Source: Candidatus Moanibacter sp.
GTDB taxonomy: Bacteria > Verrucomicrobiota > Verrucomicrobiia > Opitutales > UBA2987
Assembly (NCBI GenBank): GCA_965215885.1
Contig: CBDCEW010000105.1
Location: 1 to 64,000 of the forward strand
Direction: 5' to 3'
Length of the DNA: 64,000 nucleotides
This document shows, one piece after another, positions 11,073-20,893 of this stretch (position 1 is its first letter; the number at the start of each line of letters is the position of its first letter). The notes under the pieces are model-generated. The model was given only the letters and a program-made list of their open reading frames with translations, was not told the origin of the DNA and ran no database searches. A program made the translations under genes and the position numbers.

Positions 11073-11094
11073 ATTGCGTGGAGTTCTCTAGTTA

Positions 11095-13011
11095 GACCTT
11101 ATCCGAAAAGCTACTGATTGGCCGCAAAGAGGCGCAAAAGGCGCAAGAAAAACTTGAGAAAAATCATTTTTTGGCTTGATAAAAAGTGTCGCAACATGCT
11201 AGTGTTTAACAACCTAAGATTAAGAAAGGAGTTAAACATGCCAACATGTGCGACAGAGGAGAACAAAAGCGATAAGACGCCCCTTAGCAACCTCATTCTG
11301 CCGGTTCCAGACACGGATTTCCGTGATTTTCTGGATGAAGTTGAAGAATTGGCCGGGTTCGCGGCGCAAATCATCGAGGCGATCGAGAAGGATCTGGACG
11401 CCCATGCGCGTGAGAAGAAGAAACTTCGATTGGAAGATCGCAGGTTCTTTGAAGGGCGCACAGCGGAGCTGCCGGAGCTGGACATCGAGGAGGAGAATAT
11501 TCTGGCTGCTGAATTGAATCTTGGGGCAGGCCGGCCGCGGATGCCGGCTTATGCGGTATACGTGTTCGTGATGATTCGAGGGTTTCTGGGTTCGTTGACC
11601 ACGAAACCGGCACGGCGGTTTGTGCGCGAGTCGATGAGCTTGTACGGATTTTTGCAGAGCGGGGGACTGAGAATGCCGGCGGTGACGACGATTCTGGAGA
11701 ACGTGAACCTGGTCAGCCATACGACCCGCGAGTTGATCTTTGATAAACAGATTGGGTTTATCCTCCAGGAGCAATGGGACGATTTCGGGAAGCTGACGAT
11801 CGACAGCACCTCGGTGAAAGCAAACAGCTGCTGGCCCACCGATGGGAAGATTCTGAGCGGTCTTTTGATGCGGGCCAATCGTTTGGGTCAGAAGTTGCAT
11901 GTCTTCGGGCTGGAGGATTTTCGCAAGGGATGGGTTGGGCGTTGGCTGGAGGAAATGGACAAGCTGGAGTTTCAGATTTGTCTGGCCGCGGGCAAACCGA
12001 AGTCGAAGGGCAAGCTGAAGAAACACTACCGGCGGTTGCTCAAGCGGGGCCGCAAGGCGGCCGACTCACTAACGGGGGAACTGAGCCATCTTGAAGAGGG
12101 CCTGTCGATGGATTCACTGCCTCCCACTCGCCGGGAGCTTCTGGAGCGGGCATTGAGCCAGATCAGGGGCGATATTGCCGACGCCAAGCGGGTTGTTGAG
12201 TATGCTCATGATCGGGTGTTTCACGAAAAGAAGCTACCGTCCACACAGAAGGTCCTGAGCCTCTCGGACGGATCGGCGGCCTACATCAAGAAGGGCAGCC
12301 GCAATCCAGTGATCGGGTACAAGCCACAACTGGTTCGCAGCGAAAACGGTTTTGTCACCAGCCTGATCGTACCGCAAGGCAACGCGGCAGACTCCATTGA
12401 GCTGGCGCCGGCCATCGGCGATTCGATCAAGCGCACCGGTGTCATTGCTGAACTGGTCAGCACCGATGACGGATATGCTTCGGCGAAGGGACGCAAGGAG
12501 GTGCTGAGCATGGGGGTAAAGCAGATCAGTATCAGTGGGGCGAAGGGCAAGAAGTTGACCACCCCCGAGGACTGGGAGAGCGAGGCGTATCGCGAGGCAC
12601 GCCGCGATCGCTCCGCAGTGGAGTCGCTGATGTTCACGATTAAAGATGGATTTGCCTTTGGCGAACTCGGCCGCCGCGGCATCGATGCGGTAGGCGATGA
12701 ACTGCTCGAGAAGGTTCTGGCCTACAACTTCTGCCGCATCATACTGATGAAGAAACGCCGAGGGGAGGAACTGGAACAGGCAGCCTGAATCTGACCGCTT
12801 TGAAGCTCAGAGAAAAAAGCACCACGGGATGAGTATGCCTCCAGACAGCGGCAAATATACGTATTGTGCAGCAAGCCACGCCGATGGCCGCTCAATACCT
12901 GCTCATCGGCAGCGCCGGCAGCCTAAAACCCGAAACCTGCCAGCCATAGGCTGGTCCGCCCGTGGCGGAGAACCTTAAACCGCCCGCTCGAAAGGCTTTT
13001 CGAATGGGGTC
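11095..13011 (+). mobile_element. IS5/ISNCY-like insertion sequence, copy 1 (1917 bp)
   Basis: TIRs gaccttatccgaaaagc / gcttttcgaatggggtc; four near-identical copies in the window. Flanks TAGTTA and TAGGTG do not match. Confidence 0.93.
11238..12788 (+). CDS. DDE transposase (516 aa), copy 1
   Basis: IDSTSVKAN..WPTD, TDDGY, RSAVES motifs; AAGGAG RBS before ATG 11238. Confidence 0.9.
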   Translation: MPTCATEENKSDKTPLSNLILPVPDTDFRDFLDEVEELAGFAAQIIEAIEKDLDAHAREKKKLRLEDRRFFEGRTAELPELDIEEENILAAELNLGAGRPRMPAYAVYVFVMIRGFLGSLTTKPARRFVRESMSLYGFLQSGGLRMPAVTTILENVNLVSHTTRELIFDKQIGFILQEQWDDFGKLTIDSTSVKANSCWPTDGKILSGLLMRANRLGQKLHVFGLEDFRKGWVGRWLEEMDKLEFQICLAAGKPKSKGKLKKHYRRLLKRGRKAADSLTGELSHLEEGLSMDSLPPTRRELLERALSQIRGDIADAKRVVEYAHDRVFHEKKLPSTQKVLSLSDGSAAYIKKGSRNPVIGYKPQLVRSENGFVTSLIVPQGNAADSIELAPAIGDSIKRTGVIAELVSTDDGYASAKGRKEVLSMGVKQISISGAKGKKLTTPEDWESEAYREARRDRSAVESLMFTIKDGFAFGELGRRGIDAVGDELLEKVLAYNFCRIILMKKRRGEELEQAA

Positions 13012-13066
13012 TAGGTGTTAGAGCATGAAGAAAATGGGGAGCAGAGGGAGGGCACTGGAGTCGTTG

Positions 13067-14884
13067 TCAGGAGGCAATCCGATGGGGTTGCGGGTTTAAG
13101 GATTGATCCTGGCGATTACAGACTTCGAAGAGTTCCTCAAGGAAGTTTTCTTTTCGCAGGAGCTTTTTGGGCAATCGACCCACGGCGAGGGTTTTTCTGT
13201 TCGCCCGCCAGTGACTGAAGGGGGGTGCTTTCTGTGCAGCCTGGGCAAGCTTTTGGGGCAGATTATCGATACTGCCTAAAACCAGCTCCACATAGCGGGG
13301 ATTGTGTAAGTTGGCCAGGAGCATGTATTCTTCGGGGAGCGCTTCAAAGTCGCGCGTCAGATTTTTGCGCCCGTGGGTTTGACGGCGTTTGCGCTTGGAG
13401 GTGCGCCAGGTGCCTTCCAGCTCATTGGTCGTGCGTACGCTGTCTGGATGGGCCGGTGGGGGAAGCAGCCGCTGCCAGTATTTGTCCAGATGAGTGACCA
13501 CGGTGCGGTAGAGTTTGGCTTTCGAGGGGTTGGTCAGGGAGGCGCCTTTTTGGCGATATTGGGCACGCAGCAACTGGAGAGCCTCGGTGAGCTCAGCGGC
13601 TTGTCCTGCTTGCAACAGATAAGGGTCGCTTAAAGGGCAGGGGCCGCTGGCGCTGAGCCAAAGGGCATCGCGCAAAGCGCTGAAAATGCAAAAAGCGTTT
13701 TCATAGATAGTAGCGGCTTCGATGACGAGGGCATCAGCCAGATACTGCTTCAACCCGGTCGAAAGATGAAAGAAGCTTCGCAGAACAGAGCAACTGGCAG
13801 GAGCGCGGGCAAGCCACTGCTCCAGGGCGGCATGGGCGCGCACGACCCGCCGATGCCAATAAAGCAGGTAAGGATCGAAGGGAAAGCCCTGGCGGTGACC
13901 GTCGCAGGGATAATCCAAAATCCACAATTGCAGGGCCATGAGCAGTTCCCGTGCAAGGGTGGGATCGAAGGGCACTGCGAGCGCTTTGGCGGTGAGCAAA
14001 TCGGCCAGGACGAGGGCGTGTTTTTCACGGAGGGCGTCACGGAGCTTTGCGGTGATGTGTTTGCGTTGCTCGCGCATGCGCTCCATGAGCTTCAATTGCC
14101 GCAAGCGCCCGTTGAGCATCTGCTGGGGTTTTCGATAAAGCTGTTCGCCCACATTGCGGGCGAAATGATAATGGCAGACGCCATGGGGGGCCTGGAAGGT
14201 TTCGCTCTCGCAGGCCTTGCTGATCTGAGCGCTTAAATCATGATAGACATGGTGGGGTTGGCCAAAAGCCCGGGCCGCCCGGGCAAAACAGCCACTGATC
14301 GTTTCGCTCTGTTCGGAAGGCATTTTCCAGCTGCCCAAAAGGATCCCTTCGTCGGCTTCCTGAACAGCGAAGAAAACCGGCGTCTGCGGTTCCACGGTCC
14401 CATCCACCAGCCAGCGCAGGCAAGGGCGAGCGCTCAGGTAATCTTTAAGCACCGGAGCGGCCGCGGCGTGCAGCCGACCCAGATAAAAAAGAAACTTCTG
14501 CTGCATCTCATAGAGGCTGCTTTGAGCAATCTGCAGCTGCCCCGGGCCCTCGCGCAGTTCCCTGTGCACCTCTTTGAGGGTGGCGTTTTCGCACAAACAT
14601 CGCTTGCCCACATAGGCAATCAGATCGTAAGCGTAGCGACTATGCGAGGGCACGATCTGTTCCAGGCGAGCAGAACGGTAGCTGTTGCGGTGGCTCCCTT
14701 GCCCCTGCTCGCGCACAACTTCCACCGCCTGGAAGCATCCATAGGAGAAACTGACCACCTTGCGGCGCAGGGTCTTGCGCACCTCTGAAGGACCCTCTTC
14801 GTCCTCCCGGGCATCGAAGCGATAACTCGTTTGCGCAGGCACAGCCCCCACCGTTTGCAGGGCCCGTTCAGCCTCTGCCCGCAA
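13067..14884 (-). CDS. Transposase catalytic ORF (DDE with CxxH motif, IS256/ISL3/MULE-like)
   Basis: VDGT, HDLS, CHYHF, RTTNELE motifs. Confidence 0.75.
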   Translation of the reverse strand: MRAEAERALQTVGAVPAQTSYRFDAREDEEGPSEVRKTLRRKVVSFSYGCFQAVEVVREQGQGSHRNSYRSARLEQIVPSHSRYAYDLIAYVGKRCLCENATLKEVHRELREGPGQLQIAQSSLYEMQQKFLFYLGRLHAAAAPVLKDYLSARPCLRWLVDGTVEPQTPVFFAVQEADEGILLGSWKMPSEQSETISGCFARAARAFGQPHHVYHDLSAQISKACESETFQAPHGVCHYHFARNVGEQLYRKPQQMLNGRLRQLKLMERMREQRKHITAKLRDALREKHALVLADLLTAKALAVPFDPTLARELLMALQLWILDYPCDGHRQGFPFDPYLLYWHRRVVRAHAALEQWLARAPASCSVLRSFFHLSTGLKQYLADALVIEAATIYENAFCIFSALRDALWLSASGPCPLSDPYLLQAGQAAELTEALQLLRAQYRQKGASLTNPSKAKLYRTVVTHLDKYWQRLLPPPAHPDSVRTTNELEGTWRTSKRKRRQTHGRKNLTRDFEALPEEYMLLANLHNPRYVELVLGSIDNLPQKLAQAAQKAPPFSHWRANRKTLAVGRLPKKLLRKENFLEELFEVCNRQDQSLNPQPHRIAS

Positions 14885-14901
14885 ATCATGTAACAGCTCC
14901 G

Positions 14902-15639
14902 CTACCGCGATCGTTCCGGTTTTTTTTTGAGCGAGTAAAACGCCATCACCCGCTCAATTTGCTCCCCGCTCAGCTCTACTCCCTGCTCTTGCATAAGCTC
15001 GACAAGCTCCTTGACCCCGGCCTCGGGATGGCCGATACAGGCGACCAGCAAAGCGATCACGACCATCGTTTCGAGCCCTTCGGGAGCTGCCTGCAAAGCG
15101 CCCCCGGGGTCCCCTGCCTGAACTTGTGCCGCTGTTCTTCGCCCTTGCCGCCGCTTTTTCTGTTCGGCCCCGCCCTGTTCCCCGGCCGAGACATACACGC
15201 AGTGACGCCCTTCATAGTATCGACTCAACCGCTTCTTTCTACAAAGCACGCTTATGGGGTTGTGCACCCGTACCCCAAGGAGGGTCTCCAACTCAGCCAC
15301 CGTGTAGCCGCAAAGCGAAGCTCCCACCACCGCCTCCACGGTCTCCTCCAAGGTGCCGTGGCGCGAAAAGCGCCCCTTGCGAAAACGCCACAAACCGGCC
15401 CCGTCAAAGCGCGGAATGTCTTTCAAGCTCAGGTAGCCACAATTGGCATTGTAACTGGAGTAATGGCCATATTTTTGCAAAGCCCGATAGACCGTTCGCC
15501 GCGACACCCTCTGCTCCTTCATCAGCCTCCACACCGTGCTTACCCGATCCCGCCGTACCGCTTCGACCACCTCCCTCTCTTTACGCGAAAGCTCTTCTTG
15601 CATGCACCGGCACAGTATGGAAAGGAGGCAAAACTGCAA
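14902..15639 (-). CDS. Transposase N-terminal/HTH ORF, probably fused to the downstream ORF by a -1 frameshift
   Basis: HTH-like VSRRTVYRAL; ends in LKKKP over an A9 run at 14920-14928. Confidence 0.65.
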   Translation of the reverse strand: MQFCLLSILCRCMQEELSRKEREVVEAVRRDRVSTVWRLMKEQRVSRRTVYRALQKYGHYSSYNANCGYLSLKDIPRFDGAGLWRFRKGRFSRHGTLEETVEAVVGASLCGYTVAELETLLGVRVHNPISVLCRKKRLSRYYEGRHCVYVSAGEQGGAEQKKRRQGRRTAAQVQAGDPGGALQAAPEGLETMVVIALLVACIGHPEAGVKELVELMQEQGVELSGEQIERVMAFYSLKKKPERSR

Positions 15640-16329
15640 ACTTTATTTTACATACAATGCCAATACCAACTTTCTCCAGCTCCCTTCGCTTCTACTCAAT
15701 TGCCACCAGAAATCAACTCCCCGTTCAAAGCGCTTTTGTAACTGATTAATACTCAACAAGTTTCTAACTGAAAACAAACCTGCAGGAAAAGCTCTCTACC
15801 TCTAACGAACCCACACACAACAATCGTTGAAACTCCATTCTGGCATACTATGTAATCAATAGAATCTTGCAAGTGCCTGAATAACATTTACTTTGGGTTC
15901 TCCAACCCAATTTCGTAATTATGGCCTATCGGGCATGGCACAGACTTCATCCGATTCGCGCTTTAACTTTCGCAAGTAACTACCCTAAGCGTATAAATTC
16001 GGCTTTGGGTATTTTCTCCAGAGCTTCAGCTAATTTGCTTTGGCATGAGTAATAACTGACCTCCTTTTCGATTAGGAGGCGAATTGCTTGAACTTTCCCG
16101 CTTTAAGAGATCGGGGATGTTCTCGTGTAAAATTCGCATCATTATCCGGAAAGTACCAATATTCTTCGCCAAAGAGTTGCGGCTGTATGATGAACAGCGG
16201 GATCGAGTATTCAACACTTCATTCTGAAAACTTCTCCTTTAACTTGGTAATTCCCCGGCCCGGCGTGCCGGGACGGGAAGTTTTCATTCCTTCCTGTCCA
16301 TCCTGTCAGAATTCCAATAGGATTAAATC

Positions 16330-17049
16330 ATGTCTCAAGCCAATAGAGTCCTCCGTGCCGCCACTCGTTTACGTATTGCAGTCAACCGGTTAACTTTCTC
16401 CCCACCCGTAACCCATGTATACAATCCGTTCGACTACGCCTCGGCCTCTTATTTTGAATACGTGAGAATGTATGCCGAAACCGGCAAAAAGGTTATTTTT
16501 CTTGGCATGAATCCCGGTCCCTGGGGCATGGCGCAAACCGGTGTTCCCTTCGGCGAAGTGGAGATGGTCCGAGAGTGGATGGGCATCGAGGCGCCCATCG
16601 AAAGGCCAACTCCGGAACACCCGAAGAGGCCCATTGAGGGTTTCGCATGTGTGCGTTCCGAAGTAAGCGGAAGGCGCCTTTGGGGACTCTTCGCCGAGAG
16701 GTTCGAGACCGCCGAACGATTTTTCGCCCAGCATTTCGTCGCCAATTACTGCCCGCTCGTCTTCATGGAAGCGAGTGGCCGAAATCTCACCCCCGATAAA
16801 CTTCCCGCTCACGAAAGCCGACCCTTGTTCGATGTATCCGACCGGCATCTCATCGAAGTCGTTGATATCCTTCAACCGGATTGGATTATCGGCGTTGGCG
16901 CATTTGCCGAGAAAAGAGCGCGACACGCCCTCATTCACAGATCGGTAAACGTCGGCCGCATTCTTCACCCGAGCCCTGCCAGTCCTTCCGCAAACCGAGG
17001 CTGGGCCGAAGCCGCCACCACGCAATTGCGCGAAATTGGGATCTGGTGA
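16330..17049 (+). CDS. SMUG1-type (family 3) uracil-DNA glycosylase
   Basis: GMNPGPWGMAQTGVPFG, SEVSGRR, NYCPL, HPSPASP. Confidence 0.92.
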   Translation: MSQANRVLRAATRLRIAVNRLTFSPPVTHVYNPFDYASASYFEYVRMYAETGKKVIFLGMNPGPWGMAQTGVPFGEVEMVREWMGIEAPIERPTPEHPKRPIEGFACVRSEVSGRRLWGLFAERFETAERFFAQHFVANYCPLVFMEASGRNLTPDKLPAHESRPLFDVSDRHLIEVVDILQPDWIIGVGAFAEKRARHALIHRSVNVGRILHPSPASPSANRGWAEAATTQLREIGIW

Positions 17050-17089
17050 TCCTAAGCGACCTGTCAGTACCGCTGTCCCTCTTCTCCAA

Positions 17090-17645
17090 GATTTCTCCCA
17101 CCGCGGGCTTCCCTTCGTCGCCCAAGGGCTATGGAGGACAGGCCGCCCCATACCACCGTGCCTGTCGGTGAGAACAAGTCCCCAAGTTGAATAGACTCTC
17201 AGTTATGATTCCCTCCTTCATCCATCGACCACCGTAAGGAACCGTGGGATGGCTACTGCACCCGTGGGCATTCTCTTTAGGATTTCTCCCACCGTGGGCT
17301 TCGCCCCATACAACTGTGCCTGCCGGTGATCACAAGTCCCCACCTCGGATCGTATCTAAGTTGAGTTTTCCTCCTTCATTCATCGACCACCGTAAGGAAC
17401 CGTGAGATGGCTACTGCACCCGTGGGCATTCTCTTTAAGATCTATCCCACTGTGGGCTTCGCCCCATACCACTGTGCCTGCCGGTGATCACAAGTCCCCA
17501 CCTCGGATAGTGTCTCGATTGAGTTTTCCACCTTCATCCATCGCCCACCGTAAGGAACCGAGGGATGGCTACTGCACCCGTGGGCATTCTCTTGAAGATC
17601 TATCCCACTGTGGGCTTCGCCCCATACCACTGTGCCTGCCGGTGA
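17090..17645. repeat. Tandem array of a 158-bp structured repeat (about 3.3 units)
   Basis: Unit starts at 17090, 17281, 17439 and 17597 (period 158; first unit carries +33 bp). Confidence 0.92.
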
Positions 17646-17684
17646 CCTCAGCTTCCCGGTCCCAACCCGACCGCATTCGACCTA

Positions 17685-18485
17685 TCATCCGGATGGGCTG
17701 CGGTAACCCGTGAGCTGCAACACTTTCTTCCCAAAATTGACTGCAATTCCTATTTTGCAGTCCAATGCTTTCAAGCAGGAAACTCCCCGACTTACGTCGA
17801 ATTTATTATCCTCTAGCAGCGCGGAATATGTTACCAGGAATCTGCCTTCAACGACAATGCAATCCAAGGGAGATTCGTCGACAACATGATCACCGTAATA
17901 CGCTTTCGCCAAAGGTGATTCAATAAAGTCGAGTCGACGATGCTCCAGAGCTGAAAGAATCAAATCACGAGAGATTGTCTCTCCGTAGCCAGTCCCATGA
18001 AGCTCAAATATCTCTAAGAATACCTGCCGAATCTCCTCGCCCAACTTACGGTCACCATTCGAAAACGAATCCTCTAACGACTGAAGATTTTCTTCGATTC
18101 CGTAGCCCGGAACTCTATAAGCAAACCTTCGCATCTCGACTCGTTCTAAACCAAGATTAACCAATAACCCCAATAAATCCCCACGAAACTTCAAATAGTC
18201 AAAAACCTGGACAAAGTCTGAGTTTTGTAACCTTCTTCGGTGCGCCTTAAGTTCCAAAGTTATACATTCCCATAATACGAAGTCTGGAATCAATACGTGC
18301 ACAATCTTCCCATCCAGATATAGGGAATGCTGGGGTTTACTCAGAAATGGAACATCATTATCATTAAAGCATATCTCCAAGGCGCGATGATAAGCTTTTT
18401 CGTGCCTGCCAACACCGACATCTCTGTGCACCTTTGAAAGACATTCACGGACAACTGCCGTTTTCTCCTCGTAGATAAATGCCAT
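17685..18485 (-). CDS. Tandem-domain GxxExxY protein (PD-(D/E)XK nuclease-like)
   Basis: Domain 1: VH..VGVGRHEKAY, PDF...LELKA, QVFDYL, GLLVNLG. Domain 2: HGTGYGETIS...GIAVNFG. Confidence 0.85.
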   Translation of the reverse strand: MAFIYEEKTAVVRECLSKVHRDVGVGRHEKAYHRALEICFNDNDVPFLSKPQHSLYLDGKIVHVLIPDFVLWECITLELKAHRRRLQNSDFVQVFDYLKFRGDLLGLLVNLGLERVEMRRFAYRVPGYGIEENLQSLEDSFSNGDRKLGEEIRQVFLEIFELHGTGYGETISRDLILSALEHRRLDFIESPLAKAYYGDHVVDESPLDCIVVEGRFLVTYSALLEDNKFDVSRGVSCLKALDCKIGIAVNFGKKVLQLTGYRSPSG

Positions 18486-18632
18486 AGACTTCTACATTAA
18501 CTATTCAGGTTCTCATATCCAAGATCCAACTTCTTACTGACCGAGTACCATTCAAATCGCCCTTTCACTCACTCACTTTCGGTCGATTTTCTCAATTGAT
18601 CTATCGCGTAGGCGTAACCCCATATTTGGCAA

Positions 18633-18830
18633 CCTTCATTCATCGACCACCGTAATGAACCGTGGGATGGCTACTGCACCCGCGGGCATTCTCTTTAAGA
18701 TCTATCCCACTGTGCCTGCCGGTGACCTCAATTTCCCACCTCGGATAGTGTCTCGATTGAGTTTTCCTCCATCATCCATCGACCACCGCAAGGAACCGTG
18801 GGATGGCTACTGCACCCGTGGGTACTCTCT
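18633..18830. repeat. Continuation of the 158-bp repeat array (about 1.4 units)
   Basis: Same catcgaccaccgtaa..gaaccgtgggatggctactgcacccg core twice. Confidence 0.9.
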
Positions 18831-18893
18831 CTCTAAAATTTCTATTCGAGAACGAATACTGATCCCGGGATCCCAAAACCCGGAACGAGAAAT

Positions 18894-19772
18894 TCACCCC
18901 GATTCCGTACCAATGGTACGCCCGAGGTAAGCTTTCAAGCGTTTCCAGGCATCCGCAGCCGGGCCGTGGTTCCTCTCCCGGTCGCGGTCCACGTAGAGCC
19001 AGAAACCGTGTCTGACGTCGTCATAGATGTGCACATCGTTGGGGATCCCTGCCTTCCGCAAGGCGAGGACGAATCGTTCAACTTGTTCCGGAGGAATGCT
19101 TCTATCCATTTCAGCGAAAGTCCCGTAGACCTCGTGATTGATACTTTGCAGTATTTCTGGATCTTCCACCAGCCGACCGTAAAAGATTGCCGTGCCTTCA
19201 TGTCTTTCACCGCCAAGCGCATAGCTGAGTGCGACACCTCCGCCAAAACACCACCCCATGGCAGCAATCTTTCCTGTTACATCGGAACGGTTTCTCAGAT
19301 ACCGCGCCGCCGCGTCCAGGTTGGCGATCATCCTCTCGGGATTCGCCCTCGCTTCGCGAACCAGTGCCATGTTCTCTTCTCGGTTGTTTCCAATGCGACC
19401 GGAGTAGAGATCGGCCGCGAACGCTACGTAGCCCTCCGCCGCGAAGACATCCGCGATCTGCTTAATGCGCTCAACCAATCCATTCCATTCGTGGATCAGA
19501 ATAACGGCTCCGTGCGGTCCCTCCCTCGACGGCACCGCCAGATATCCCCTGGCTTTCGGATCTCCAGCAAAATAGGCGAGATCCTGACCCTTTGGAGCGG
19601 GAGCTTTCCCCAGTATGGCCTTCGGTATGTCAGATCTCTCCGGGACCGCGGCACCGCCTGAAACCTCGCCCAAGCCCATCTCCTGCAAAATGCATATTCC
19701 CAAGAGAACAGTGACGACCTTCCTCAATTCTCGCGCCAGGAAACATTCGGAATAGGAATCTTTCGGCCTCAT
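18894..19772 (-). CDS. Dienelactone hydrolase family protein (probably exported)
   Basis: IHEWNGL, GWCFGG nucleophile, HGF. Confidence 0.9.
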   Translation of the reverse strand: MRPKDSYSECFLARELRKVVTVLLGICILQEMGLGEVSGGAAVPERSDIPKAILGKAPAPKGQDLAYFAGDPKARGYLAVPSREGPHGAVILIHEWNGLVERIKQIADVFAAEGYVAFAADLYSGRIGNNREENMALVREARANPERMIANLDAAARYLRNRSDVTGKIAAMGWCFGGGVALSYALGGERHEGTAIFYGRLVEDPEILQSINHEVYGTFAEMDRSIPPEQVERFVLALRKAGIPNDVHIYDDVRHGFWLYVDRDRERNHGPAADAWKRLKAYLGRTIGTESG

Positions 19773-19839
19773 CTTCGTCGGAATGTCGATCTGACACTCC
19801 CAGGGTGCCGGGATTAAGAATTCAAAGTCCGAAAGATTC

Positions 19840-20598
19840 CTATGCCACCTTTCTCTTCTGATAGGTTTCGCTATTGTATCTGATAATCCCCAGACTATGC
19901 AAAACTATTATAATAAAGTAGGTGTAATCGAGCTCATACCAGCGCACCGCGAAATTCGCTCGGGCCGGATACTGGTGGTGATTATTCTGAAACAGCTCTC
20001 CGCCAAGAAGGAAGTCCCAGAGCAATGTGTTTTTCGAATGGTCGTTTGTTCCATAGTTGCGGTAGCCGTATTTGTGCCCACACCAATTTACCAGTGCTCC
20101 ATGAATCGGTCCGATAAAATAGTGCACCGGGATAAGAAGATAAAACCACGCCGAAGGGGCGAATATCAGATAAAACAATGTGTAGACTGTGCCCCACGCG
20201 AGACGGATCGACCACGAATCGCCCAAACGATCAACCTCTTCCCACTCCGGATAATTGTAGTAGAAACGTTTGTGGTACTCCTTTTTGTGTTCAACCAGAT
20301 TGTAATAGATCATCTTCGTGTTCCACATCATGGTAAAGACATCCTTGAAGAGATAGGGGGAGTGCGGGTCCTTTTCCGTGTCACTGTAAGCATGATGCAT
20401 TCGGTGTAGGATAGCATACGCCCTGGGTACTAGATATGAAGAACCCTGGCTCGCAAATGTCAGCAGGTAGAAAAATCGCTCCCATCCCTTTGACATCGTA
20501 AATATGCGATGGGCCGAATACCGATGGAGAAAAAACGTCTGGCAAAATAAGCTTACGTGCCAGTGCAGCAGAAAAAATATCACAATTACCCAAGCCAT
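19840..20598 (-). CDS. Delta-9-type acyl-CoA/fatty acid desaturase
   Basis: His boxes HRYSAH, HRMHH, NNHH; DPHSP. Confidence 0.92.
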   Translation of the reverse strand: MAWVIVIFFLLHWHVSLFCQTFFLHRYSAHRIFTMSKGWERFFYLLTFASQGSSYLVPRAYAILHRMHHAYSDTEKDPHSPYLFKDVFTMMWNTKMIYYNLVEHKKEYHKRFYYNYPEWEEVDRLGDSWSIRLAWGTVYTLFYLIFAPSAWFYLLIPVHYFIGPIHGALVNWCGHKYGYRNYGTNDHSKNTLLWDFLLGGELFQNNHHQYPARANFAVRWYELDYTYFIIIVLHSLGIIRYNSETYQKRKVA

Positions 20599-20893
20599 TT
20601 ATTTTTTGTATATATAGTAGTAGGTATTAATGCTGGTTTTTCCCTTTTCTATGGGATGACTGATACTGTTCTTCACTCCACAGTTGCGACACCAGTGGGA
20701 CAACCCAACGAGACATCTATGTAGAGTTCAATTGGCTCCCGAGTAAATGCACCAGATAATGAGCGTCAACCCTTAAAAGGACCCCTCTCCCGTACCTGCA
20801 GGGTAAAAGGATTCCAGGAAGCAACTAGCTGATAAGCAAGAAGATAAAAAAAGAGCTAGACAAACCCGAGGGAATCAGTCATGTTAAGATGGG

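Larger units (their letters stand above)
13017..15806 (-). mobile_element. Unclassified two-ORF IS-like element (ends tentative)
   Basis: Two transposase-like ORFs joined at an A9 run. Only a 7-bp inverted repeat gttagag/ctctaac; no TSD seen. Confidence 0.55.

Noticed and set aside
11118..11237. 40-aa basic N-terminal extension of the 556-aa transposase call
   Set aside because: Runs through the IS end and an aggcgcaa repeat; a strong RBS supports ATG 11238.
15810..16250. AT-rich stretch with short coding-like pieces
   Set aside because: Multiple stops and no motif I can support; at most a decayed gene.
17090..18830. CRISPR array
   Set aside because: The conserved part is ~115 bp, the variable parts are homologous to each other, and no cas genes are present in the window.
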